Source: Candidatus Magasanikiibacteriota bacterium (lineage in GTDB: Bacteria; Patescibacteriota; Patescibacteriia; Magasanikbacterales; 2-02-FULL-50-9b). From it: a DNA stretch of 64,000 nt. A program made the translations under genes and the position numbers. Location: positions 46,560-110,559 of the forward strand of contig CAITMK010000001.1 of the NCBI GenBank assembly GCA_903893485.1, given 5' to 3'. The notes under the pieces are model-generated. The model saw nothing but the letters and a program-made list of their open reading frames with translations, was not told the origin of the DNA and did not search any database. This document shows, in pieces, positions 55,062 to 64,000 of the stretch (position 1 is its first letter; the number at the start of each line of letters is the position of its first letter).

Positions 55062-56396
55062 TTATTGAATCGTAACTTTTATTCTTGATGGCACCTTTGG
55101 GGCATGATCAACCCAGAATGGAAAGAACGAAATATCCACATGCGTAATTCCCTTAATGCTGCTAAGCGCATCTACAATTTCCTGTTTACTACGACCCAAA
55201 AATTGCGCTGGTTGAAAGGCACTTGCATGCGCATCAAGCACTGCCTTGCCCTCGCGATACACCTGCAGCTTGGCCGTTTTTGTTTCAGCCGATAACGATT
55301 GCAACGAAACCGTTGGTGCATCACCTTCAAAAATTACTTTGTGATAGGGTGTTGGCGCTTGATTTGAAACCTCTGTATCAGCGGCACTATAAACCGAGGA
55401 TTTTGGATATGCCACAAATGCCATGGTTCCCTGCGCAGTCACTACAAAAGCGCTTGTTTCATCACCAGGCTTCGCGCTTGAATCTGCTTGCACAGAAACT
55501 GGCGAATGCAAAACAGCGTATGAATCTGGGATGGTAACCGTGGTAAGTGCGGTTTGGCCAATTTCAAATAATGCCTTACGCGCATTTTCCTTGGCGGCAT
55601 CAATGTCTTGCTGCGTCACAATCCCAACTTTACTTGAACCACCCGCCGTTGACGCAATTGATTTACCAAAAATTATTTTTTGATTCGCCGCAGAAAGACC
55701 AGGGATGGTAAAATTTCCAGCAGCCACGTCTCCTTCAGGACCTGTTTTATCAGCTACAATTTCCGCGGTTACCTGCCCACCCGCTGGAGCCGTAACCGAT
55801 TTGATTAAACGAAATAATACACCACCATCGCTCAAAAAACGCGTGGTTGCGACCAGTGATTGCACTGTTTTACCTTGATTATATATTGTAACCACGCCAT
55901 GTGATTTACCCGGCTTATCCGTTGTTGTCTGTGGCGAAACAGTAATTGAAGTGCTCGTAGTCACACTCAAAATAATACCTTGAAATGTGTCCGGCGCTAC
56001 TGCAGCAGTACTCGTTGAAACCAAACTTGCGTCAGTAATAGTTACTGGAAATGTTGCAGCAACCGGAATCGGTTCCTGCGTAATAACAATCGTGCCACGT
56101 TGAAATGTAAAAAACGCGATCACCCCAGCAACTACAATGGTAATTCCAAAAAATGCCAGTGAGATTCGACGGTATACATTTACTTTGTGAGGCGCGTGCG
56201 TCGCGGTATCAATCGAAATACGAGGGCGCTCACGACGTGGCGCTTCAACTTCTTCCACAACAGGGCTGGCGCGACGACGAGCCGTTGGACGACGTGTGAC
56301 TGTTTTGCGCACAGACTTTACGACGCGCTTTTTTTTGGGTGTTGACGGTTCAAAATACTCTCCGTCAATCGGTAAATCATTAAATTCTTCTGGCAT
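55062..56396 (-). CDS. Membrane-anchored protein with baseplate J-like domain
   Basis: Basic N-terminus, one TM, G.VTIYN....Q.LVATTRF...G..F, A...G..G......FTIPGL, GG....G.VT..D, P...SRI.V. Confidence 0.65.
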   Translation of the reverse strand: MPEEFNDLPIDGEYFEPSTPKKKRVVKSVRKTVTRRPTARRRASPVVEEVEAPRRERPRISIDTATHAPHKVNVYRRISLAFFGITIVVAGVIAFFTFQRGTIVITQEPIPVAATFPVTITDASLVSTSTAAVAPDTFQGIILSVTTSTSITVSPQTTTDKPGKSHGVVTIYNQGKTVQSLVATTRFLSDGGVLFRLIKSVTAPAGGQVTAEIVADKTGPEGDVAAGNFTIPGLSAANQKIIFGKSIASTAGGSSKVGIVTQQDIDAAKENARKALFEIGQTALTTVTIPDSYAVLHSPVSVQADSSAKPGDETSAFVVTAQGTMAFVAYPKSSVYSAADTEVSNQAPTPYHKVIFEGDAPTVSLQSLSAETKTAKLQVYREGKAVLDAHASAFQPAQFLGRSKQEIVDALSSIKGITHVDISFFPFWVDHAPKVPSRIKVTIQ

Positions 56397-56401
56397 ATTT
56401 T

Positions 56402-58132
56402 TTATTCACTAACGCGGAACACTTCGGACAAGGCCGTTAAGCCATCCGCTGCCTTAAGTATACCATCTTGAGCCATGGTGACCATACCATCGGCCTGTGC
56501 CTGCGCCTGAATATCAAATTCAGACATTTGACCGGACAAAATAATCTTTTCAATGGACGGTGTCATAGTGAAAATTTCGTACACACCAACACGGCCCTTA
56601 TATCCAAGCATTTTACACTCTTTGCAACCCGGCGCGGTCATAAACTTGGCATTTTCAAGATCAAAATGTTCGCCGCTAGCTGGCGACAAGGTTTTCATAA
56701 TATCGGCAACGCGCGCCTTATCTGTGTCAGAAAGCGCGGTTACCACTTTACACGCAAGGCAAAGTCGACGCACCAAACGTTGGCCAATAATTGCGTTTAA
56801 TGCCGGCGCAAGCAAAAACGGCTTAACGCCCATGGAAAGAAAACGTGGAATTGCGCCAGACGCACTGTTGGTATGAATCGTTGAAAGCAATAAATGACCA
56901 GTCAGCGCGGCTTGAATTGCAACTTCAGCGGTTGGCAAATCACGGATTTCACCAACCATACAAATATCTGGATCCTGACGCAAAATTGATTTGAGCGCGT
57001 CAGCAAACGTATACCCTTTAGTTTGATCGATCTGTGATTGATTCACGCCTTCCAATTTATATTCAACAGGATCTTCAAGGGTGATAATTTTAACACCTGG
57101 CTGGTTTTTCTTTTTCAAAATGGTATACAACGATGTGGTTTTACCGGAACCAGTTGGACCGGTGGTAATAATCATGCCATTTGGACGATCAATTTCATGT
57201 GATAATTTTTCAAATGCTTTGCCACGAATACCAAGACCCTCGAAACTAGCGTCGCCCTGCGGCTTCAAAATACGCATTACAACGCTTTCGCCGTACGCAG
57301 TTGGAATTGTGGACACACGCACATCAATCTTTCCTTCTGCGAGCACCAAGGTGATGCGACCATCTTGCGGTTTGTCATCGATGTTGATTTTTAAACCTGC
57401 GAGCAGCTTCACACGTGAAATAATTTTTTTCCACGACTCCGACGGTACATCGCCAATTTCATGCAAAATACCATCTAAACGCAAACGAACAATCACCTTG
57501 TGTTCTTCCGCTTCAATATGCACATCAGATGCGTTCATTTTAAATGCCGCCGCAAACACCAATGTCACAAAATCAGTGGTGTTAATTTCCTTCATTTTCG
57601 CCGCTAATTCTGGAAGCGAATTAAAAAGCGATTGAAATTTTTCCAAATCTTCGTTCGTAATTCCAACATCACGCGTTACAGTAATAATTTTTGGAAGCGA
57701 TGCGTAAAGTGCCATTGCTTTGTCAAAACTTTCTTGCGAAATGACGTATGGAATTATTTTATTTTTTTTATCTACCGCAATGCGCTTTAAAAATTCCTGC
57801 ACCGCGGTATCTGCAATGCTCACGACACCAACACGCGCTTCTTGCCCTTCTGCAAAAAAACAAACCACGGAAAATTTGCGCGCGTCATCTTCGGAAAAAA
57901 GTTGCAGGGCTTCTGGCGGAATTGGAAACTTACGCAAATCCATGTAACGCAAATGATAATCCGCCGCAGAAGTTTGCGCCTGCTGCTCAAATTTTTCAAG
58001 TGCAACGGCATGCAATTTTTCGTGCAACCGAAGATCGGCTGTTTCTTCATCAACCGCAATGCCAGCCGCTTTTCCAGGAGTTGGCGTTCCTTGTTTTTTT
58101 AAAAGATCAGAAAGACCGGCAACAGCTCCCAT
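56402..58132 (-). CDS. Type IV pilus/T2SS assembly ATPase (PilB/GspE family)
   Basis: ASDVHIE, R.DG.L, PQDGR, GPTGSGKTT, LEDPVE, LRQDPD, GEIRD, TGHL..ST.H, C..C...C..C, GYKGR. Confidence 0.95.
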   Translation of the reverse strand: MGAVAGLSDLLKKQGTPTPGKAAGIAVDEETADLRLHEKLHAVALEKFEQQAQTSAADYHLRYMDLRKFPIPPEALQLFSEDDARKFSVVCFFAEGQEARVGVVSIADTAVQEFLKRIAVDKKNKIIPYVISQESFDKAMALYASLPKIITVTRDVGITNEDLEKFQSLFNSLPELAAKMKEINTTDFVTLVFAAAFKMNASDVHIEAEEHKVIVRLRLDGILHEIGDVPSESWKKIISRVKLLAGLKINIDDKPQDGRITLVLAEGKIDVRVSTIPTAYGESVVMRILKPQGDASFEGLGIRGKAFEKLSHEIDRPNGMIITTGPTGSGKTTSLYTILKKKNQPGVKIITLEDPVEYKLEGVNQSQIDQTKGYTFADALKSILRQDPDICMVGEIRDLPTAEVAIQAALTGHLLLSTIHTNSASGAIPRFLSMGVKPFLLAPALNAIIGQRLVRRLCLACKVVTALSDTDKARVADIMKTLSPASGEHFDLENAKFMTAPGCKECKMLGYKGRVGVYEIFTMTPSIEKIILSGQMSEFDIQAQAQADGMVTMAQDGILKAADGLTALSEVFRVSE

Positions 58133-58138
58133 AAAAAT

Positions 58139-59110
58139 TTATCCACGACGTGCAAAGGAACCTAAAAATCTAATCACTTTACTCACTGGCGAATCTGCAA
58201 CCATGTGGTCGAATAGCGCCACGACTGACATGAAAAACCAAGTGGTATAGATAGCCATCACCACCCAACAGGCGATAAATAATACGGCTAAGTTTACGAT
58301 TACTGCTGGTGCAAACAATCCAGTTGTTAATTTTACCAGTATTGCAAAGTAAAAAAGCGGCGCCCACAAAACGGCAAATACCAATTTTGATACAATAAGA
58401 AATACGGTATTGAGCACTAAAAATATTACACCAATTTCCAATGATGCAAGCCAATGTTTTGCAAATAAATTAGTTGCGCATGCCAACGCTTTACGTAATT
58501 TCATTTTCTCTAAGACGATATAGCATGTGGCGTACAATGCAATAAACGTAATGCAGATATCAAAAACCGCGAGCAATGCAAAACCGAGCACAAAAATAAC
58601 TTTTGGCCACCAAGCAAATGGAAAAGCTTCCACCATGTAACGAATTGCCGAAACACCACCAGTTACAATTAATGCAGAAATTCCTTTGACCACCAAAATG
58701 CCGAGAATTGCCCAAAAATGTTGGAACGCAGCAATCCACGCCGCCTTGAATGAATAAATTCGCTTACGAAAAATAAATTCACCGGCCGCAACAAGGGCAC
58801 CTTGCGCCTGAATCACTAAAAAGAAAAACAGGATCATCAAAATGCCAAGCAGCGCCGCAGAAATAATACCCCCAAAAATATCCCAGCCAGACGCCGCAAC
58901 AAACGAAGGAAAAAACCATGATTGCCCCGTGGCATTCACATGCGCCATGTCCAAACCTACTGACGTGATTTTAAAAAGTCCCGCGAGTGAATAAAAAAAT
59001 TGTGTTTGCCCCATGAAAAAAGCAAATGCGCCAAGCACCCAAAGCGCGGGATGCCGCCAGGTCACGCTCCACGCGTCTCGCAAAATGTGTCGATAAATTT
59101 TTTGTGCCAT
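58139..59110 (-). CDS. Multi-pass membrane hypothetical protein
   Basis: YR.IL..AW...W....LW.LG start; about 6 hydrophobic segments. Confidence 0.75.
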   Translation of the reverse strand: MAQKIYRHILRDAWSVTWRHPALWVLGAFAFFMGQTQFFYSLAGLFKITSVGLDMAHVNATGQSWFFPSFVAASGWDIFGGIISAALLGILMILFFFLVIQAQGALVAAGEFIFRKRIYSFKAAWIAAFQHFWAILGILVVKGISALIVTGGVSAIRYMVEAFPFAWWPKVIFVLGFALLAVFDICITFIALYATCYIVLEKMKLRKALACATNLFAKHWLASLEIGVIFLVLNTVFLIVSKLVFAVLWAPLFYFAILVKLTTGLFAPAVIVNLAVLFIACWVVMAIYTTWFFMSVVALFDHMVADSPVSKVIRFLGSFARRG

Positions 59111-59159
59111 AGATAAGAAGAACTATATGGCAACAGTATAACACATCCGCAAAAAAATG

Positions 59160-60263
59160 TTATGCGGCTTTGTCGCCTCTAAAAAAACTAAGAAATCGAG
59201 ATCCTAAACTTTTTTTATTAGCTTTTGCCTCCTCACGAACTTTACGCACATCATTTAAATAACGCACTTCTGCAGAAACATGGTCTGCCGCTGCATTTGC
59301 AGGTTCACGCAATGGACTTGTGTATAAACCTTGATGACTTCGAAGTCGATCGCTAACTTTATTCTTTCCCAACAATGCACGCGCTTGTTCTGGATTTGCC
59401 CCCATATATTCCTCTTGAGGTTCTTCCATATTTTCATTTGCAGGCTCAATGTTTTTTGGAAATGTAAGCGCAGAACCCAAGCCCATGCTGCGGCGAGCCG
59501 CGATACGTGATCGATCTGCGGTACTACCAAGAAGTTCGCTAGTGACATCTTCCATCGATTCTTCAGCAACATCTTCAGTATGATTAGCAGGTACTTCTGG
59601 CACCATGTCCGATGTAATTACCGTTTCTCCTTCCGCGGTATTTCCAAAAAAACGTTCCTCAGCCGTCTGATTATCTGCTGTAGCCAAACTTTCAGCTGAT
59701 TTACCACCACCTATTCGACTCGATGGCATTCCCGAATGCTCACGCATTGTACTTGCCAAACGTGTCTGAATATTTTTAGGAACGCTTTTTGCCATATCTG
59801 GAGCTGCGCCAAAATGCAAACCTGCGCGAACGACATCAGCACCTACTGTCTCTGCAGACAGTTCTGGCAACTCTGGCATACCTTCTGCAGCTTGCTTAGC
59901 TTGTAGTTGCGCAATATATTCAGGAGAAACTTTTACACCAGGCGCACCGCTCACAACGCCAACTGATTTGGCAGCGATTTCCGCATGTTTGGCTAAAACA
60001 TTTTTGCGCAGTATCGCTTCGCTTCCATCTTGGATGCTTAAAATTTCGCTATCATATTTTTGAATTTGTTTAAACATGCTGTCCAAAGGCCCTTTCCAAG
60101 CAGGATTTTTACCTTTCTCGGTTTGGTACTTACTATAAGTTTCAACAAGTTTTGCACGTGCTTCCTGTTTTTGTTTCAAGATACTTGGAACACCCTCACG
60201 TTTTGGGGGTAATTTATTTTCTTGAGCAGCTTCAGGTTTTATATTTTCAAATTTTTGAGCCAT
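59160..60263 (-). CDS. Charged, largely disordered hypothetical protein
   Basis: MAQKFENIKPE start; C-terminal KSLGSRFLSFFRG amphipathic motif. Confidence 0.7.
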   Translation of the reverse strand: MAQKFENIKPEAAQENKLPPKREGVPSILKQKQEARAKLVETYSKYQTEKGKNPAWKGPLDSMFKQIQKYDSEILSIQDGSEAILRKNVLAKHAEIAAKSVGVVSGAPGVKVSPEYIAQLQAKQAAEGMPELPELSAETVGADVVRAGLHFGAAPDMAKSVPKNIQTRLASTMREHSGMPSSRIGGGKSAESLATADNQTAEERFFGNTAEGETVITSDMVPEVPANHTEDVAEESMEDVTSELLGSTADRSRIAARRSMGLGSALTFPKNIEPANENMEEPQEEYMGANPEQARALLGKNKVSDRLRSHQGLYTSPLREPANAAADHVSAEVRYLNDVRKVREEAKANKKSLGSRFLSFFRGDKAA

Positions 60264-60318
60264 ACTAAAATTGATATGAAATAGTATAGCATACTTTTAT
60301 ATCAAAAAAATAAAAATT

Positions 60319-60347
60319 AAAAAACCGCCCTGCATGGGCGGCTTTTT
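60319..60347 (-). terminator. ftsH terminator
   Basis: CCGCCC-ATGCA-GGGCGG followed by a T run on the - strand. Confidence 0.8.
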
Positions 60348-60355
60348 GTTTTATA

Positions 60356-62188
60356 TTATTCAGCCTTTTTAACTCCGACCAATGCAACAAATTCTTCTTC
60401 TTCCAAAGTTTCTTTTGCGAGTAAGTGATCAGCAATTTTATCGAGCACTGCGCGATGCGTGGTCAAAATTTCAACCGCGCGACGACGTGCGTCTTCAACT
60501 AAACGTACAACTTCGGCATCGATCGCCTCTGCAGTTTTTTCACTGTAATCGCGAGCTTCCATGCTACCACGGCCCATGAACATTGCTTCTTCGGTTTCGC
60601 CGAAGGTGCGGGCGCCAAGTGAATCACTCATGCCGTAACGCATCACCGCGTCTTTTGCAATTTGTGTTGCGCTACGCAAATCACTTGATGGACCAGTCGA
60701 GATCATGTCATCACCAAAGATTAATTTTTCTGCAGCATAGCCACCCATTGCAACGGCCAAATCATCATAAAATTCGGCGCGAGTGTGATAGTGTTTGTCT
60801 TCGGTTGGCATTTTGAGTGTGTAACCGCCAGCATGGCCACGAGAAATAATTGAAACCTTACGAATCGGATCTGAGTATTTAAGCAAATGACCAACAAGCG
60901 CATGACCACCTTCGTGATATGCGGTCATCTTGCGTTCTTGTTCACTAAATACATGGCTGCGGCGTTCTGGACCAAGGATTACCTTGTCCACTGATTCCAA
61001 AATTTCGGTAACACCAACAGATTTTTTGGCGCGGCGTGCAGTTAAGATTGCAGCTTCATTCAAGAGGTTTGCTAAATCAGCACCCGTAAACCCTGGCGTG
61101 CGTTCTGCAATGTTACGAAGTGAAACATCTGCATCGAGTGGTTTATTTTTTGCGTGAATTCCCAAAATTGCTTCACGTTCGTTAATGTCTGGAAGTGAAA
61201 CGGTTACGCGACGGTCAAAGCGACCTGGGCGAAGAAGTGCTGGATCCAAAACATCTGGACGATTAGTTGCGGCGATCACAATAAGGCCGCCATTTGGCTG
61301 AAAGCCATCCATTTCCACCAAAATCTGATTCAAGGTCTGTTCGCGTTCATCATGTGAACCGCCCATACCCGAACCACGACGGCGACCAACAGCATCGATT
61401 TCATCGATAAAAATAATTGCTGGAGCCATTTTTTTTGCGCGACCAAACAAGTCGCGAACACGTGACGCACCAACGCCTACAAACATTTCTACGAATTCAG
61501 AACCTGACATGTGGAGAAATGGCACACCTGCCTCACCCGCAACCGCGCGAGCGAGCAATGTTTTACCCGTACCAGGCGAACCCATAAGCAGCACACCCTT
61601 TGGTGTTTTTGCACCTAAATTTGAAAACTTCTCTGGAGTCTTTAAAAATTCAACGATTTCCTTTAATTCTTCTTTTGATTCCTTCATGCCGGCAACATCG
61701 TCGAAGGTAACTTTAACCTTTTCGTCGATGTCCATTTCCTTGCCAGCTGCCTGGCCAAAACCCATGGCGCGATTATTGGCACCAGAAACCTGACGTGCCA
61801 TGTAATAAAATAACACGCCAATAAGTACAATTGGAGCAAAGATTGGCATAAGCATGCCAAACCAATATTCCCAGCCATGCTGATCAGTAACGGACAAATT
61901 TGCCGCCTGAAGCTGCTCTGGTGTAACACCCATTGCGCGCAAAACGGTTGGCAATGAATCACCAGGTTCCTTGCGAGACACAAGCGCGCTCCCGTCGCGC
62001 TTGGTCACGGTCAAGTTTACGTCGTTTACCTCAATTTTTTGAACTTCATTTTTTTCAATGGCTGCGGCCACGTCAGACAAACCAACTTCCGTTGGTGCCT
62101 GTTTGGTGCTACGAACCCCCTGCGCAATGAGCGCAAGAAGAATCATAGCCACCACAAAAATTCCAATGTTTTTGAGGAACGTACGCAT
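60356..62188 (-). CDS. ftsH: ATP-dependent zinc metalloprotease FtsH
   Basis: Two TMs, [37 protein letters not shown]. Start set at MRTFLK. Confidence 0.98.
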   Translation of the reverse strand: MRTFLKNIGIFVVAMILLALIAQGVRSTKQAPTEVGLSDVAAAIEKNEVQKIEVNDVNLTVTKRDGSALVSRKEPGDSLPTVLRAMGVTPEQLQAANLSVTDQHGWEYWFGMLMPIFAPIVLIGVLFYYMARQVSGANNRAMGFGQAAGKEMDIDEKVKVTFDDVAGMKESKEELKEIVEFLKTPEKFSNLGAKTPKGVLLMGSPGTGKTLLARAVAGEAGVPFLHMSGSEFVEMFVGVGASRVRDLFGRAKKMAPAIIFIDEIDAVGRRRGSGMGGSHDEREQTLNQILVEMDGFQPNGGLIVIAATNRPDVLDPALLRPGRFDRRVTVSLPDINEREAILGIHAKNKPLDADVSLRNIAERTPGFTGADLANLLNEAAILTARRAKKSVGVTEILESVDKVILGPERRSHVFSEQERKMTAYHEGGHALVGHLLKYSDPIRKVSIISRGHAGGYTLKMPTEDKHYHTRAEFYDDLAVAMGGYAAEKLIFGDDMISTGPSSDLRSATQIAKDAVMRYGMSDSLGARTFGETEEAMFMGRGSMEARDYSEKTAEAIDAEVVRLVEDARRRAVEILTTHRAVLDKIADHLLAKETLEEEEFVALVGVKKAE

Positions 62189-62210
62189 AAATTTTTTGCT
62201 GATTAAGCGA

Positions 62211-63362
62211 TTATGCCGCTTTTTCTTCTGTGTCTTCTGTTTTCTCTGCTTTTTCGGCATGTGTTGATTTTGCTTTTGGTTTTACACCAGGAACGCGAAG
62301 GCCCAAACGGTGCTCTTCTGAATCAATTGATACGATATCAAATTCGTATGTATCGCCGATTTTGAACTGCTTTGCAATGTCTTCGATTGTTTCGTTTGAA
62401 AGTTCAGAAACATGAGCCAAGCCCTGAATTTCTGGATCCAATTCTACGAACAAACCGTAAGGATTGATTTTAACGATTTTACCTTTGACCACCTGGCCAA
62501 CCTTATACTTATCATTAATAGTCTTCCAAGGGTCTGGAGTCAAGCGCTTCATTGAAAGGAAGATCTTTTTTCCGTCGATTTGGATGATTTCAGCCTTTAC
62601 CATGTCACCTAAGCGGACAACGTCCTTTGGATGATCAATGCGCTGCCATGCGAGCTCTGAAATGTGTACCAAGCCTTCAATGCCATCGAATTTAACGAAG
62701 GCGCCGAATGCGGTGATTGCAGAAACTTCGCCTTCTACGGTCATACCAACCTTATATTTGTCTGGTACTACGTTTTTAACTTCGTCTGCAATTGCTTTTT
62801 CAGAAACAATCAATTTTTCTTCTTTTTCGTTCACGTCGATTACCTTAACAGGTAAATCTTGGCCAACAAATTCTTTGAGTTTTTCAAGAATTTTGTTTTT
62901 GTCGCCACCAGCAACACGTGGATAATGATCCCCAGATAACTGAGAAACTGGCAAAAATGCGTCCATGCCGTCTAAATCAACCATGAGACCGCCTTTATTT
63001 GCTTCCTTAATACGAGCCATTACCGTAACGCCTGAGCGACGGAGTTCTTCCAATTTTGTCCAAACGCGGGCGTGGCCTGCGCTGCGGAATGAAAGTTCCA
63101 TTTCGCCGTTTTCGTTTTCAAGTTCGATAACTGTTGCTTCTACCTCTGAACCGTCCTTAAGGTTGCGGTATTCTGAGCTTTCAGCATAAAGTTCTGTGCC
63201 ACGGATCACACCAGTGCGGAGCCCCTCGATATTAATACGCACTTCGTTGCGGCCAACTGATAATACTGTTCCCTTCAAAATGTCGCCTACCTTTGGCACG
63301 TTGCCAAAATGTTCGTCCAGGAGTTTAGCGAAAACGCCCGTTTTTGTTGCTGTGTTAGTCAT
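62211..63362 (-). CDS. rpsA: 30S ribosomal protein S1 (four S1 domains)
   Basis: Four S1 repeats (NKGGL, FGAFV...EGLVHISE, YGLFV...GLAHVSE); promoter TTGACG-N17-TACAAT upstream. Confidence 0.92.
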   Translation of the reverse strand: MTNTATKTGVFAKLLDEHFGNVPKVGDILKGTVLSVGRNEVRINIEGLRTGVIRGTELYAESSEYRNLKDGSEVEATVIELENENGEMELSFRSAGHARVWTKLEELRRSGVTVMARIKEANKGGLMVDLDGMDAFLPVSQLSGDHYPRVAGGDKNKILEKLKEFVGQDLPVKVIDVNEKEEKLIVSEKAIADEVKNVVPDKYKVGMTVEGEVSAITAFGAFVKFDGIEGLVHISELAWQRIDHPKDVVRLGDMVKAEIIQIDGKKIFLSMKRLTPDPWKTINDKYKVGQVVKGKIVKINPYGLFVELDPEIQGLAHVSELSNETIEDIAKQFKIGDTYEFDIVSIDSEEHRLGLRVPGVKPKAKSTHAEKAEKTEDTEEKAA

Positions 63363-63412
63363 ATGAATTAGTGGATGGATTGTAACAGAGTGAGGCCGGG
63401 GCGTCAACCCCC

Positions 63413-63464
63413 AAAAATAAAAGTGCGCGGAACCTGTAGACGGTGGTGTCTGCAGGTTCCGCGC
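63413..63464 (-). terminator. 17-bp hairpin terminator of cassette 11
   Basis: GCGCGGAACCTG[C]AGAC-N6-GTCT[A]CAGGTTCCGCGC plus ACTTTTATTTTT. Confidence 0.75.
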
Positions 63465-63489
63465 GGAGGGCGCGTGAGAGTTGTTCGGC

Positions 63490-63690
63490 TTAGCAGTAAG
63501 CCAAGCCGCGACCGCCGGGGCCGTGCCGCACGCGGTCAATGGCCACAGGATCGATCGGCTGACCAGGCGGCCGGCGATCAGCTGCGCGGAACGGATGCCG
63601 ATTCAGTGCCGCGCGTGCCAGCGGCAAATCAAGCGTCTTCAACTTAGCGCCGAGATAGCTGGGCTGTTGCCCGACTTGATTCTGATTCAT
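63490..63690 (-). CDS. Small GC-rich orphan ORF (cassette 11)
   Basis: AAGGAG SD; promoter TTGACA-N17-TTTAAT at 63735-63763; 66 aa. Confidence 0.5.
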   Translation of the reverse strand: MNQNQVGQQPSYLGAKLKTLDLPLARAALNRHPFRAADRRPPGQPIDPVAIDRVRHGPGGRGLAYC

Positions 63691-63770
63691 GATCATCTCC
63701 TTCAGCCCAATATTGACGGGCTTGCTTGCGACACATTAAAGCACAATAAACACATTTTGTCAACCCTGAA

Positions 63771-64000
63771 TTAGCGCCTCAGGGCATCCAAAACCGAACG
63801 AAATTCTGCCGGCAGCGCTGGATACTGTTCCAACGTTTGCTTAATCAAGACAACACTTTGAGTTGCCGTACACCAGGCGGCGGAACCTCGCGCCAAGAGC
63901 TGACACGAAATCGACCGCGGCAACACGTCGGTTTCCTTATGGAAAAACAGCAGGCTCCACTCGGTCTGAACCGAAAAAACCATATTACGAAGAACCATTT
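63771..64000 (-). CDS. 3' end of a hypothetical protein entering from beyond the window
   Basis: Open frame to the window edge, stop at 63771. Confidence 0.45.
   Translation of the reverse strand, partial: MVLRNMVFSVQTEWSLLFFHKETDVLPRSISCQLLARGSAAWCTATQSVVLIKQTLEQYPALPAEFRSVLDALRR

Noticed and set aside
55062-56396. Prophage, suggested by the baseplate-J-like gene and the CHC2 finger
   Set aside because: No other phage structural, packaging or integration genes; the protein has a TM anchor and core-like composition.

Overview
Chromosomal window from a small-genome bacterium using code 11 (prfA ends in TGA). It is most consistent with Patescibacteria/CPR, probably ABY1-like (inference from GAGC lipoboxes, short EF-Ts, 4-domain S1, double-domain ThyX and CPR-typical hypotheticals). 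The backbone is housekeeping: a surface-glycan cluster end, ndk, a UvrD/PcrA helicase, tgt/queA, mltG, gap-pgk-eno-gpmI, rpsB-tsf, rpmE-prfA, prmC, rplY, rodA, gyrB, secE-nusG-rplK, thrS, rplA, dcd-thyX-tmk, gatB, miaA, a PilB/GspE ATPase, ftsH and rpsA. I found no tRNA, rRNA, CRISPR array, integrase or transposase. The most striking unexplained structure is 11 dispersed GC-rich units (12 mostly orphan ORFs) placed at transcription-unit boundaries. Ten of the 11 have a TTGAC[A/T]-N17/18-(-10) promoter. All have a purine-rich Shine-Dalgarno and a long G.U-containing hairpin plus U-tract, and several have a small 5' hairpin with an AACC-containing loop. Core genes mostly lack an SD, and many look leaderless. 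A second, AT-richer class of orphans (delayed signal peptides, a transglutaminase-like triad, amphipathic motifs) and a four-Tudor-like-domain lipoprotein are candidate host-interaction proteins. All calls come from reading the sequence by eye; no searches were run.
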